Notes: a model not told the origin generated them from the letters alone. Counted from the stretch's first letter, positions 20,316 through 30,506 are shown. The stretch is 64,000 nucleotides of DNA from an uncultured Gemmatimonadota bacterium (GCA_951812955.1 OX638340.1:3552001-3616000), one strand, 5' to 3'. Translations and numbers: made by a program.

Positions 20316-21020
20316 TCACAACAGCCCTTTGCGGCGCTTGTTCTCGATTGTTTTCTCTACGAATCCGGGTCCGCACACCGCGTCGAATCCACTCCCAGGA
20401 AACCGGGTAGCCCATTCGTAAACGGTCCTGACACGGGCTTCGTCATCACCGAAGGCGCAAGGTTCGGTCCGCACCGTGTCCAGCGCTTCGATCACGGCGT
20501 CCGCGATCCGGCCGTACAGCCGGTCCTTCCACGCGCCCTGCGGCCCGCCCGGCCCGTCCACATTCCGCGCCTCCCGCGGCCCGCCTGTTCCGTCCGTCTG
20601 CCGCGCCTCCTGGTACCACGCCAAGGCGTTGAACTGAACTTTTTTGGACCGGGGATAGAAGGAGCACATGAGGTTCCAGTCGTCGCCTTCCCGCTCCTGG
20701 TCGCCCGAAGCCCGGAAGTCCGACCGGAGGAGGACGGACGGGATGTCGAGCAACTTGGCCATCATGAACTCCACTACCGTGCCCGAGTCCAGGTCCGTCC
20801 CATCGAAGTTGAACAGGGCCAGGTCGCAGGCCATCACTTGCTTAAGATCCTGGTTGCGGATGTCGACCATCCGTTCCGACGCCAGTTCCAGGTCCTGGGG
20901 CACCACGCAGGCGTACCTGCCGGCGGACCGGCGGTCTATGGCTTCCGCGAGGATGGCGTTGCCGGCCAGGTGCTTGTGGTCGAAGAGGTCGCCGGCGAAA
21001 TACACGGTAAAAGTCGTCAT
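20316..21020 (-). CDS. Rossmann-fold protein similar to nucleoside 2-deoxyribosyltransferase.
   Basis: The N-terminal VYFAGDLF and the DSGTVVEFMMAKLLDIP(S)V segment resemble the NDT fold with its catalytic glutamate. The C-terminus is low complexity. Confidence 0.5.
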   Translation of the reverse strand: MTTFTVYFAGDLFDHKHLAGNAILAEAIDRRSAGRYACVVPQDLELASERMVDIRNQDLKQVMACDLALFNFDGTDLDSGTVVEFMMAKLLDIPSVLLRSDFRASGDQEREGDDWNLMCSFYPRSKKVQFNALAWYQEARQTDGTGGPREARNVDGPGGPQGAWKDRLYGRIADAVIEALDTVRTEPCAFGDDEARVRTVYEWATRFPGSGFDAVCGPGFVEKTIENKRRKGLL

Positions 21021-21037
21021 GGGCTATGGCTGTCCGC

Positions 21038-21895
21038 TTACCGTCCTGAGTACCGTTTACCGATTTCGGCCGCATCGGGAGTCGCGTTTGCGACCATGAC
21101 GCCCTCGTCGATCATGTCGGTGACGTTGTCGGGGGTGACGCCGTTCAGGAAGGCGACGCCGTTGGCCTTGCAGGCCTTGAGCACCGCCGCCCGCGCGGCG
21201 ATCATCTCGGGCGGGTAGGGCGGATCGTGGCCGTCCGGGTATCCGAAGGACATCCCCATGTCGCCCGGACCCCACTCGGCGAAGGCGATGCCAGGTATCG
21301 TGAGGCTCTCGTCGACGTTGGCCAGGGCCCGGCGGTTCTCGATCTTGAGACCGAGCATCAGTTCCCCTTCCGGGTTCAGGGGCCATACGTCGGCCCGCTG
21401 GACGTATTCCTGCACGGTGAGTCCCCAGGCGCACGCCGCGAAACCCTGCCCCCCCGAACCGCGCTGGCCCACTTCGAGCCCGTCACCCACGCCCTGGGTC
21501 TGGAAGGGGTAACGCGCAGCCTCCACGAAGGCCCGCACGGCGCCCGGTGTCTCCGCGTGGCACAGCAGGATTCCGTGAACGCCCTGTGCCAGGACCTGCT
21601 TGACCATCCACGCGTTCGCCCGCATGACCGCTTCATTGGTACCGTTCGTCGGCAGCGTGACGATCACGCAGGGCGTCAGGTGACCCGTCGGCGTGGGCCC
21701 GGCGTCCATCAGCCCGGTCATGAAGGCCCTGAGGCCGGGCAGATCGAAGAGGCCGTGCTCCATTTCGACGCACAGGTAGTCCTCCCATCTCCCCGAGGCT
21801 TCGACGCCCTTTTCGTAACTCAGTTCGCCGGCCCCGCCGTAGTATATGGGCTGGCCCCGACTAAGCAGTTCCACTGCGCGGTTGACTCTGGGCAT
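21038..21895 (-). CDS. HpcH/HpaI-family aldolase (2-keto-3-deoxy acid aldolase / citrate-lyase beta-like).
   Basis: VNRAVELLSRGQPIYYGG, CVEMEHGLFDL and GPGDMGMS are present. Confidence 0.75.
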   Translation of the reverse strand: MPRVNRAVELLSRGQPIYYGGAGELSYEKGVEASGRWEDYLCVEMEHGLFDLPGLRAFMTGLMDAGPTPTGHLTPCVIVTLPTNGTNEAVMRANAWMVKQVLAQGVHGILLCHAETPGAVRAFVEAARYPFQTQGVGDGLEVGQRGSGGQGFAACAWGLTVQEYVQRADVWPLNPEGELMLGLKIENRRALANVDESLTIPGIAFAEWGPGDMGMSFGYPDGHDPPYPPEMIAARAAVLKACKANGVAFLNGVTPDNVTDMIDEGVMVANATPDAAEIGKRYSGR

Positions 21896-21987
21896 TTGTT
21901 ATTCTCCCAACTAGCTGTCCTGTTCCGAATCGAAGGCAGGCCGCGTCAGTCGCGAAACCGGCCGCTATGCCAAATCTGGTGGGTGGT

Positions 21988-23001
21988 TCACGGACGTTCA
22001 AAGGGCAGCCGGTCCGCCATTCCCGAGTCTTCCGCCAATCCAGCCAGGTTCTCCGCCGCCATGCGTGTCAAGGGAACTCCCTTGCGGCGGGATACCGCTT
22101 CGCTGTCGTATTCCATTTCACCCGGCACGTAGGTGCGTTCCACCCTGGCCGCCTTCGGCGCTTCCCGCATGCGCCGAACGAGTTCGTCCGCACGATCTAA
22201 AAACGCGTCCGGCGGCATCATGGCGCCCACGTCGATGGCCATGAAGCTGTGCCCCTCGTCGCAGGTCGCGTCGGTGACCTTGCCCCAGGACGTAATATCC
22301 GTAGTGACCCCCGCCCCGGCGAGCACACCGGCCAGGGATTCCACCAGCAGGGCCAGACCGTAGCCTTTGTGTGCGCTGAAGGGCGTAAGGGCCCCGGTAA
22401 AGGTGAAGACGCCGGGATCCGTCGTGGGCAGACCGTCCCCGTCGGTGAGCCATCCCTCGGGAAGCGGTTCGCCCCTGGCCTGGTACAAGGCCACCTTTCC
22501 GCCCGCCACGGTACTCATGGCGATGTCGAGGACGATCGGCGGCTGGGACCGGGTCGGAACGGCATATGACAGGGGGTTGTTTCCTAAGGCCGCACCCCGG
22601 CCGCCGGGGATGTTCATGACCACGTCGGTATTGCTCATGGCGATCCCGATCATGTTCCGTTCCAGGGCCATGAGCGTATAGGCCGAAGCCGCGCCGAAGT
22701 GGTTGCTCCGGCGGACGGTGGCCGTGCCAATCCCGCACTTCGCCGCCTTGTCCATGGCCACGGTCATGCCGTAGTGCGACGCAACCATCCCCACGGACTG
22801 GCAGGCGTCGATCCTTGCCCAGGCCGGACCTTCGTCCGTTATCCCGGGCGTGGCGCCTGCGTCGATGCCTCCGTCCCGCATCATCTGCACGTAGCGCCGC
22901 AGCGAGACCGTACCGTGCGTGAAGATACCCCGCATGTCGGTACGCACCAAAATGTCCGCAGTCAACCTGGCGTCGCGGGGCGAGAGTCCCGCCTCTACCA
23001 T
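21988..23001 (-). CDS. Ldh2-family malate / L-lactate / sulfolactate / ureidoglycolate dehydrogenase. Its N-terminus may be under-called.
   Basis: DMRGIFTHGT, RRSNHFGAA, NNPLSYAVP and SAHKGYGLALLVE are family motifs. Family-like residues continue upstream of the first ATG, and no canonical start codon is found there. Confidence 0.75.
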   Translation of the reverse strand: MVEAGLSPRDARLTADILVRTDMRGIFTHGTVSLRRYVQMMRDGGIDAGATPGITDEGPAWARIDACQSVGMVASHYGMTVAMDKAAKCGIGTATVRRSNHFGAASAYTLMALERNMIGIAMSNTDVVMNIPGGRGAALGNNPLSYAVPTRSQPPIVLDIAMSTVAGGKVALYQARGEPLPEGWLTDGDGLPTTDPGVFTFTGALTPFSAHKGYGLALLVESLAGVLAGAGVTTDITSWGKVTDATCDEGHSFMAIDVGAMMPPDAFLDRADELVRRMREAPKAARVERTYVPGEMEYDSEAVSRRKGVPLTRMAAENLAGLAEDSGMADRLPFERP

Positions 23002-23141
23002 GGCCGCCGTGCAGAAGTCCGACAGGGGTTCGGGTGGAGTCCGCAGAACGTAGAGTTGATCTGACGTGTGTGTCTGGTTGGCGTCGGTGCCCAGCGCTGG
23101 TGCCTTTCTAGCCGCCGCGGTGTCCTGCCTGCCGCAGTATG

Positions 23142-23987
23142 CTAACCGCCGCGAATACCGGCGGTAACGCGTTCGAAACCGCCGATCATATAACTGTAGT
23201 CGCAGTCGACCTGGATCCAGTCGACGCCCCGGCTCCTCCAGCGCCGCCCGAAGGCGTACTGCGATCCCATACCCATGCCGATGGAGAGTCCCGATTCGTG
23301 TCCCACGTCGATGATGCGCTCCATGGCGGCCACTACCTCGTCGTTGTCCAATTGCCCGAGAACGCCCATCGAACCGCTCAGGTCCACCGGACCGATGACC
23401 AGGCTGTCCAACCCCGGTATGGCCGCGATGGCGTCCAGTTCACGATAGGCCTCGACGTGCTCGATCTGGACCGAGACGAAGAGGTCCCGGTTCATGTCTT
23501 CCACGAATGAGTCAATATTCGAAAAAGCCCTTCCGTAGTTCGACGGACGATGGGGACCGAAGCCCCGGTCGCCCATGGGCGGATAACGGCAGGCGTCCAC
23601 CACGCGGCGCACCTCGTCGGCGGAGCGGACCTGCGGGACGATGATACCAGGCGCGCCCGCGTCGAGGACGGGCTTCACGTGCCCGATGTCGCTCGAGGGC
23701 ACCCGGACCAGCGCGGCGGTTCCACCCGCGCGGGCGGCCATGAGGTGGCCCGTGACCGACTCGAGGTTCATCGCCCGGTGCTCGGTGTCGATCCAGATGA
23801 AGTCTGCCGAATCGCACAGGGCCTCGGTCACGGCCGGGTCGGTGAAGGTCACGCTGGCGCCCAGGCAGCATTCACCCTCGGCGATCAGCTTCCTGAACGC
23901 CCTTATTTCATTAGAGAACAATGGTTGCTCCACGAGTATGGACTGGTTACTTGTCTTAAGGGTCGCGTCCGGTCGTTCCGAACGCAC
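23142..23987 (-). CDS. Second HpcH/HpaI-family aldolase.
   Basis: DFIWIDTEHRAMN, LVRVPS and VIGPVDLSGSMG are present. Confidence 0.7.
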   Translation of the reverse strand: MRSERPDATLKTSNQSILVEQPLFSNEIRAFRKLIAEGECCLGASVTFTDPAVTEALCDSADFIWIDTEHRAMNLESVTGHLMAARAGGTAALVRVPSSDIGHVKPVLDAGAPGIIVPQVRSADEVRRVVDACRYPPMGDRGFGPHRPSNYGRAFSNIDSFVEDMNRDLFVSVQIEHVEAYRELDAIAAIPGLDSLVIGPVDLSGSMGVLGQLDNDEVVAAMERIIDVGHESGLSIGMGMGSQYAFGRRWRSRGVDWIQVDCDYSYMIGGFERVTAGIRGG

Positions 23988-24026
23988 GTTAACTGTTGGC
24001 CGTTCCGGACGGACGGTTCCGCATTC

Positions 24027-25442
24027 CTAGACAGCGCCCTCCTGCCACGGTCCCCAGATGGCGTAGGTCAGCCCGGGCCGCTGCATGTTGACGAAGAGGG
24101 TCTCGCCGTCGGGACTGAAGGTCGCCCCGGCGAACTCGCCCCGGTAGGCGATGCCGGCCACGTCCCGGGCCACGTCGAACACGCGCCCGTCCTTCGTCAG
24201 GCCCCGGATGTGCTGTACGCCGTCCCGGTTGTCCTCGCACACGATCAGGCCGCCGCGGGGACTCACGCAGACGTTGTCCGGCGCTGCCATGAGCGAAGCG
24301 TCGGGCGATTCGAACAACAGGGTCAACACGCCTTTGTCTTCCCCGTCGGGTTGGAATTCCCACACCTGTCCGAGGCGCTCGTCGCCTCCTCGCGTCGACG
24401 TGAAGAAGATGCGGCCGTTTCCGTACCAACATCCTTCAAGGCGGTCGAAGGCGGCGCCGCCCTTGTCCGCCCCTTCCTTGTATACCAGGTTCCGGTCCAG
24501 GCCAGCGCCCGCCGGATCGGGATCTTCGATCTCCACCCAGGTCACGGGCAGGACCGTGCCCATGGTCTGTCCACTGCGCGTGTCGTATCCCGGTTGATCC
24601 TCGACCGCGAGCATACGCAGGCGGCCGCCCCGGGCGAGCTCGCCGGGATGATCGGGAAGGTACTGGAAGAATCCGCACGGATTCTGGTCTTCGGTTTCAT
24701 ACACGGCCCCGGTGGCGGGATCGACGGCGATGGCCTCGTGGACGAAACGTCCCATTCCGGTAAGGGGTTCGGCCGCCACACTCTCCTCGGCATCGGCGGG
24801 CACCTCGAAGCAGTATCCGTGGTTCCTGTCGTATCCGCCCAGGTACTGCAGCCAGCGAGCACTGAAGAACCGGTCCGTGCCCATGGTGGTCTCTTCACAG
24901 GTGATCCAGGAGCCCCACGGCGTGGGGCCGCCGGCGCAGTTGTGCAGCGTCCCGCCCACGCTCACGAAATCGCGGACCAGTTCGCGGGTCCGAGGATCGA
25001 CGATGAGCGTCGTAACCCCGCCGGGCGCGGTGGGATCGTAGGCTGCCGACTGGTTGCCGATGGCCTCGACCGGACTGCCCGTGTTTATTTCGTGATTGCG
25101 CAGTAGCCGGACCATGCCGTCCTCCGCGGAGAAGGCCGCCATGCCGTCGTGGGCGGCCGGCGTGGGATGGCCGTCCGACATGAGGCCGCCCTTCTTTCCG
25201 AACACGGTATAGGCGAATTTCGGCGGCAGTTCGAGCATGGTCTCGCCGGTGTTGTGAGACGTCACGGGAGAAAGCGGCCCATATCCGCCCTCCCCCCGGG
25301 AAGCCTGCAGGCTGGCGGATCCGTCGGACATGGCCCGCGCGCGGCGGGCGATAAGGCCCTGGAGCGCCGATGCGCCGAAAGTCATGGCGCCAAGGGCCAC
25401 GGCGGAATGTCGAATGAATGAGCGTCGGTTCAGTCGGGACAC
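24027..25442 (-). CDS. Tat-secreted protein of the PhoX/DUF839 family, a putative secreted phosphatase.
   Basis: The likely start is GTG 25442 after AAAGGAGA, giving MSRLNRRSFIRHSAVALGAMTFGASA, a Tat signal. A motif like that of PhoX, GTLHNCAGGPTPWGSWITCEE, is present. The track ORF extends 31 codons upstream. Confidence 0.6.
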   Translation of the reverse strand: MSRLNRRSFIRHSAVALGAMTFGASALQGLIARRARAMSDGSASLQASRGEGGYGPLSPVTSHNTGETMLELPPKFAYTVFGKKGGLMSDGHPTPAAHDGMAAFSAEDGMVRLLRNHEINTGSPVEAIGNQSAAYDPTAPGGVTTLIVDPRTRELVRDFVSVGGTLHNCAGGPTPWGSWITCEETTMGTDRFFSARWLQYLGGYDRNHGYCFEVPADAEESVAAEPLTGMGRFVHEAIAVDPATGAVYETEDQNPCGFFQYLPDHPGELARGGRLRMLAVEDQPGYDTRSGQTMGTVLPVTWVEIEDPDPAGAGLDRNLVYKEGADKGGAAFDRLEGCWYGNGRIFFTSTRGGDERLGQVWEFQPDGEDKGVLTLLFESPDASLMAAPDNVCVSPRGGLIVCEDNRDGVQHIRGLTKDGRVFDVARDVAGIAYRGEFAGATFSPDGETLFVNMQRPGLTYAIWGPWQEGAV

Positions 25443-25600
25443 GTGAGCAATTCTCCTTTGGCGTTGACTCCGCCTGGTGTTGACTCCGCAATGTCGGCGA
25501 TGCGGAGGACGTGTCGGGTAAAATACAGAATCCAATATTCAATTTACGGTAGCGGATCGCTAAAATCAAGACGCCACTGCAGGTTATTCCGATCGGATAT

Positions 25601-26467
25601 TCAGCCGAACCTGATGAAGACCAGCCCGGCGACGATCATCCCGACGGAGCACAGTTTCAGCGGGGTGACGCGCTCTTTAAGGAAGATGAAGCCCAACAGG
25701 GCGCCCAGGACCACGGCGAACTCCCGCAGGGCGACGATGTAGCCGACCTGACCCACGGTCATGGCGAAGAGGATCATCAGGTAGGCGGCAGTCGAGCCGA
25801 CGGCGATCAACGTCACGGGCCGCCAGGTCTCCGCCAGCTTCCGCCAAAGCCGGTTCCGGTCGCGGACGGCGACGACCGGTGTGGCGAACGAGGCGCTCAG
25901 GAAGAACATGCCGAATATGTACACTACGGGATGCACGATACCCACCCCCACCTTGTCCACCAGCGAGTAACTCACGATGGTCGCGCCTACCCCGAGGGCC
26001 GATACGAACCCGTGCCGCGTGCCCCTCGCGCTGCCCAGGATCGAAGCGCCCATGGAAAGAATTCCCACGCAGATCAGCCCGATACCCGCTACGCCGATCG
26101 GCGTAAGCGACTCACCGAGCAGCAGCCATCCCAGGAATCCCGTGAGGCCGATCCCCGATCCTCGCGCGATGGGGTAGACCAGGGAGATTTCTCCATACTC
26201 GTAGGCCCGGCCCAGGAGCAGGAAGTAAAACGTGTGGATGATCCCCGTCGCCAGAATAAAGATCCAGCCGGCCTCCAGCATGGCCATGAATTCCGGGATG
26301 CCCTGCGATACGGCGACGCCGGCAACCAAGGGCAGGAGCAAGAGACAACTGACCCAGAGAGACCACCAGAACACGGTGAGGTTTCCGGCGTTGCGGCGGG
26401 CCACGAAATTCCAGGAGGCATGTAGTATGGCGGAGAGGAGGACGAAGAAGAAGAGTTCAGTGGACAT
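25601..26467 (-). CDS. DMT-superfamily (EamA-like) 10-TM transporter.
   Basis: Two EamA halves are present with a typical hydrophobic periodicity and a length of 288 aa. Confidence 0.8.
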   Translation of the reverse strand: MSTELFFFVLLSAILHASWNFVARRNAGNLTVFWWSLWVSCLLLLPLVAGVAVSQGIPEFMAMLEAGWIFILATGIIHTFYFLLLGRAYEYGEISLVYPIARGSGIGLTGFLGWLLLGESLTPIGVAGIGLICVGILSMGASILGSARGTRHGFVSALGVGATIVSYSLVDKVGVGIVHPVVYIFGMFFLSASFATPVVAVRDRNRLWRKLAETWRPVTLIAVGSTAAYLMILFAMTVGQVGYIVALREFAVVLGALLGFIFLKERVTPLKLCSVGMIVAGLVFIRFG

Positions 26468-26740
26468 GGATGGGACGCGAACTGATTCGGATGGTGGGGA
26501 GGTACTCGATAACGATTTACCAGGGAAAAAGAACCGGACGGACCGATCCTATATGGATGGAAATCAGGGGTGTGTCAACGATCAATTGTGCTTGGTCCAC
26601 ATCTATAGGAAGGTTACTTTCGGATATCAGCCTATCCTTCTATCCATCACACTTCCATCGCATCGCCATGTATTGGTGCGACCCGGTAACGCGGTCTTCT
26701 GCTAAAATACGGTTCGGGTGGGTTCGTGCGGGCGCCTATT

Positions 26741-29110
26741 ATGATCCATCACTTTTTCATATCCGCCTTCCGCCATTTAATGAAGAACAGGGGCGTATTC
26801 GCCGCGAATGTCTTCGGGTTCGCCCTGAACTTCGTCGTGGTGATCTTCGGGTTGAATTACATCCTCTTCGAAACGTCCTACGACGACTTTCATGAGAAAG
26901 GCGACCGGATTTACCGCGTGCTGGTGACTAAGCCCGACTTTGATATGACCCTTCCCACGGCCTCCGCCCTGCTTGCCCCGACGCTCGCGGAGGCCTATCC
27001 GGAAGTGGAATCGGCTGTTCGTATATACTATAGATTATCTATGCCATTGCGTACGTCTCCTGAAGAGCTAGCTGAATCCGTAGCATTCAACGTCGCCTAC
27101 ACCGAATCCGACGTGTTCGACGTGTTTTCCTTCGGTTCGATTTCGCAGGCTGCCCTGGCGGAATTCGGCCGGCCGAACGCGGCGATCATCAACCGTACTA
27201 TGGCCACGAGGTTCTTTGGAGATGAGGACCCGACGGGAGGCCTGCTGTATTCAAAAGGGCTGGAAACGGGTCCCGTGGAAGTAATCGGCGTCGTGGATGA
27301 CGTTCCCCGCAATTCCCACCTGCGGCCGGACGTCTTTGTTTCCTTCGACACGTTACCCGACAACATGGTAGGCCGGGGGTCCGATTTCGCTTGGATGATG
27401 CAACAGTTCCTGACCTACGTATTGCTGATCGACGGCGAGGAAGATACCCTGCGCGGTTTCCTCACCAAAATGGAAGCATTCCCTTCCACTTACGTCCCAC
27501 AGGACCAATCCGATGTATACACCCTCGAACCCCTGTCCGAGGTCTACTTTTCGCCGTACGTTTTCGGCGGGCAGCTCAAGGGGGAAATCAACTACGTGTA
27601 TTTCGCCCTGGCGTACCTTGTGCTGATTTCGTTCATGACGGTGGCGAATTACATGAACATCAACATCGCCCACCTGGTTCGACGGTTAAAGGAGATCGGC
27701 CTGCGAAAGTCCTTTGGGGCGGGCAAGTCGGCAGTGGTCTGCCAGTTCGTCGTGGAGACCCTGATGAACTGCCTCGTCGCCGTGGCCATATCGATCATTT
27801 GTGTACTGGTGTTGCGGGCGAGTGGAATCCCCCTCCTCGAGCACCTTTCCCGTTCCGAGATCGGCGTGGAATATATCGGGTTCCTGGGGCTCGCCTTCCT
27901 CGTCATCGGACTCGTATCTGGTATTTGTCCGGCCTTCGTGTTCTACCGGATCAGCCCGGTCGACATGCTGGCGAACCGGATGTCGGATTCCTGGACCGCC
28001 AACTCGTTGAGGAAGGGATTGCTTTTCTTCCAGCTCGCCATATCCGTTGCCCTGCTGTTACTTACCGGCCTTGTCTACAACCAGGTTACCTTTCTGACGG
28101 CCAAGCCGATGGGGTATGAGAAAGAAAACAAGATCGTGATCCAGGCGTCCTTGTCCTCCGTCAGGCACCAGCGGCTTGCGGAGGGTTTCGATAGTAGTCC
28201 CCATGTAGTCAATGTCAGCTCCGCCGGTGGTCACCCGGGATTCTTCCATTTAATGAGAATTTCACACCAGATAAGAGGAACCGAAACGCAACTGCAGATA
28301 GGTATAATCTCCGTAGGGCGCAACTTCCTGAAGACGCTCAAGATCCCATTGATCCACGGTAGAGACTTCAGAGACGTCGAGTTGCCGAATACGGTCCTGT
28401 TGAACGAGACTGCATTCAACTTACTCGGACTGGACGAGGACGACGTGGGTACCGTACAGGACATCATTGGAGGAAGGTTGCGCGTCGTGGGCGTCGCAGC
28501 CGATTTCCACATCTGGTCGGCCCATCATGAAATCGAACCGCTCATTCTGTCCTTTTCGGATTCGAGACTGACCCACCTGATCGTGGATGTCGAGCCGTCG
28601 GAACAGGAGGCCGCCCTGGACGATCTGTCGGACACTTTCCGACAACTGCTTCCGGACAGTCGGTTCGAATACTCCTTCCTGGATGCCAGACTCGAAGCAC
28701 ATTACAGCAGCGACCGGCAGATCCTGGAGACGCTTCTCCTGCTGGCCCTGGTCGCCTTTGCCCTCGCCGTTGCCGGTATCTACAACTACGGGGTGTTCTT
28801 CACGCTCAACAGGATCCGCGAAGTCGCCATTCGCAAGGTCCACGGCGCTTCCGCAGGCGACATCGTCCGGATGAATATCCTGGCCATTTCCCGGTCCATC
28901 GTCCTGTCCCTGGTCATCGCGCTTCCGGCCGTCTACTGGGTATACGGACTCTGGATTGCCAGTTACGCGTACCGGGCGGATGTGTCCCCGGTACTGGTTG
29001 CCGTGCCCGTGCTGACGGTGTATGTTCTCACCTGCGCCATGGTGACCCGCGAAACGCTCAAGACCGCCGCCATGAAACCCGCGGAAGTGATACAGAACGT
29101 CCAGCAGTGA
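26741..29110 (+). CDS. ABC transporter permease of the FtsX/MacB type, with two FtsX 4-TM modules each preceded by a periplasmic MacB-like domain.
   Basis: The N-terminus is MIHHFFISAFRHLMKNRGVFAANVFGFALNF. An alternative ATG lies at 26726. Total length is about 790 aa, and the second module begins at residue 400 or so. No cognate ATPase is adjacent. Confidence 0.8.
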   Translation: MIHHFFISAFRHLMKNRGVFAANVFGFALNFVVVIFGLNYILFETSYDDFHEKGDRIYRVLVTKPDFDMTLPTASALLAPTLAEAYPEVESAVRIYYRLSMPLRTSPEELAESVAFNVAYTESDVFDVFSFGSISQAALAEFGRPNAAIINRTMATRFFGDEDPTGGLLYSKGLETGPVEVIGVVDDVPRNSHLRPDVFVSFDTLPDNMVGRGSDFAWMMQQFLTYVLLIDGEEDTLRGFLTKMEAFPSTYVPQDQSDVYTLEPLSEVYFSPYVFGGQLKGEINYVYFALAYLVLISFMTVANYMNINIAHLVRRLKEIGLRKSFGAGKSAVVCQFVVETLMNCLVAVAISIICVLVLRASGIPLLEHLSRSEIGVEYIGFLGLAFLVIGLVSGICPAFVFYRISPVDMLANRMSDSWTANSLRKGLLFFQLAISVALLLLTGLVYNQVTFLTAKPMGYEKENKIVIQASLSSVRHQRLAEGFDSSPHVVNVSSAGGHPGFFHLMRISHQIRGTETQLQIGIISVGRNFLKTLKIPLIHGRDFRDVELPNTVLLNETAFNLLGLDEDDVGTVQDIIGGRLRVVGVAADFHIWSAHHEIEPLILSFSDSRLTHLIVDVEPSEQEAALDDLSDTFRQLLPDSRFEYSFLDARLEAHYSSDRQILETLLLLALVAFALAVAGIYNYGVFFTLNRIREVAIRKVHGASAGDIVRMNILAISRSIVLSLVIALPAVYWVYGLWIASYAYRADVSPVLVAVPVLTVYVLTCAMVTRETLKTAAMKPAEVIQNVQQ

Positions 29111-29112
29111 TC

Positions 29113-29190
29113 CTCTGGTCTGCTTGGTCTGCCTAGTCTGCCTGGTCTGCCTGGCCAGCTTGATCTGCCTGGTCTGCCTGCCCCGTTCCG
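29113..29190. repeat. Intergenic 9-bp tandem repeat (GGTCTGCCT-like, about 6 copies).
   Basis: The sequence reads ctggtctgcttggtctgcctagtctgcctggtctgcctggccagcttgatctgcctggtctgcctgcc. Confidence 0.75.
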
Positions 29191-29209
29191 TCTGCAGAAA
29201 GGAATCCTC

Positions 29210-30244
29210 ATGTCTCTGAAATTCGCCTACCTAGGCCTGTGGCACAGCCATGCCGTCATGCACATCCGCGACGCCGCGAGCCGACCCGACGAATTCCAGC
29301 TCGTGGGCGTTTACGAGCCGGATCCCGCGATCCGGGAAGCGAAACTGGGGGACTGGGCAGCGGATCTGCCGGACATCCCGGTGTTCGAGTCGATCGAGCA
29401 GGCGCTGGCGAGCGACGCGGAGGCGATCATCTGCGAGGGGCGGGTCTCGGAGAACCTGGATTACGCCGAGCGGGCGCTGGGAGCGGGCAAGCACGTGCTG
29501 CTCGAGAAGCCGGCGGGCGTGGACATGCCCCGGCTCGAACGGCTTCACGACACGGCGCGGCGCAAGGGCCTCCTCCTGCAGATGGCATACATGTGGCGGT
29601 ACAACCCGGCGATCGCGGAGATGATCCGGCTATGCAAGGCTGGCGCGCTGGGAGATCTATTCTACTTCAGGGGGCACATCCCAAAGCCCATGGGTTACCA
29701 CGCCCGGCTGGTGGAAGAGCTCGACCGGTACAAGGGATCCCTTTATTTCGAAATGGCCGGACATCTGGTCGATATCATGGTGGCGTTCATGGGCGTGCCG
29801 CGGCAGGTGAACGCCACGCACGCGAGTCATTACGGCGAGCGAAAGCACGTGGACAACGCGGTGGTCGTCCATCAGTTCGACAACGGTGGCCTGGGGACGA
29901 TCGACACCGCTTCGATGCACGTGGAAAGCGGCAGGACCCGGCGCATCGAGCTATACGGTACCGGGGGGACGGCCATCCATACCCCGACCGGGTCGAACAA
30001 CCTGACGCTGTCCCTGCAACGGCCCTTCGAGCACTATGACACGGGCTGGCAGGAGTTGACCGTACCCACGCCGCCGGGGCCGCCCTCGTTATTGACCGAA
30101 CTCGCGTCCTGTATAGCTGGCGCGAAGGATCCCGACTATACCCTCGAGCACGATATGGCGGTGCAACAAACCCTCTTCGCAGGGTGCGGGATCGAGGATG
30201 GTTCGGCGATGACGGATGTCCCTCATTCGGCAAAAAGCAGTTGA
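29210..30244 (+). CDS. Gfo/Idh/MocA-family NAD(P)-dependent oxidoreductase.
   Basis: An N-terminal Rossmann fold and EKP motif (VLLEKPAG) are followed by the C-terminal alpha/beta domain. Confidence 0.85.
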   Translation: MSLKFAYLGLWHSHAVMHIRDAASRPDEFQLVGVYEPDPAIREAKLGDWAADLPDIPVFESIEQALASDAEAIICEGRVSENLDYAERALGAGKHVLLEKPAGVDMPRLERLHDTARRKGLLLQMAYMWRYNPAIAEMIRLCKAGALGDLFYFRGHIPKPMGYHARLVEELDRYKGSLYFEMAGHLVDIMVAFMGVPRQVNATHASHYGERKHVDNAVVVHQFDNGGLGTIDTASMHVESGRTRRIELYGTGGTAIHTPTGSNNLTLSLQRPFEHYDTGWQELTVPTPPGPPSLLTELASCIAGAKDPDYTLEHDMAVQQTLFAGCGIEDGSAMTDVPHSAKSS

Positions 30245-30282
30245 CAGAAACCGCCTGATCCTTATATTTTACCTTTAGACGA

Positions 30283-30356
<74 letters not shown>

Positions 30357-30366
30357 CTCCGATCGA

Positions 30367-30400
30367 ACAGGGGCGGTTCCCGGACCGCCCCTGTTTTTTT
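30367..30400 (+). terminator. Rho-independent terminator downstream of tRNA-fMet.
   Basis: It forms a GC-rich hairpin, caggggcggt-tccc-ggaccgcccctg, followed by a run of seven T. Confidence 0.65.
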
Positions 30401-30506
30401 ATTTATGCCAGATTGATACCCTTCCTACGCCTGGAACCCCGGAGAACCTTCCCCGGTGGAATCCTCCGGTGGACCGCTAGACTTGCAGAATAGAAAAGGA
30501 AATCCG

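Noticed and set aside
23550-25106. A 518-aa plus-strand ORF spanning two annotated genes.
   Set aside because: It runs antisense across the HpcH aldolase and the PhoX-like gene and crosses an intergenic gap. Real genes do not cross a convergent or tandem gene boundary in this way.
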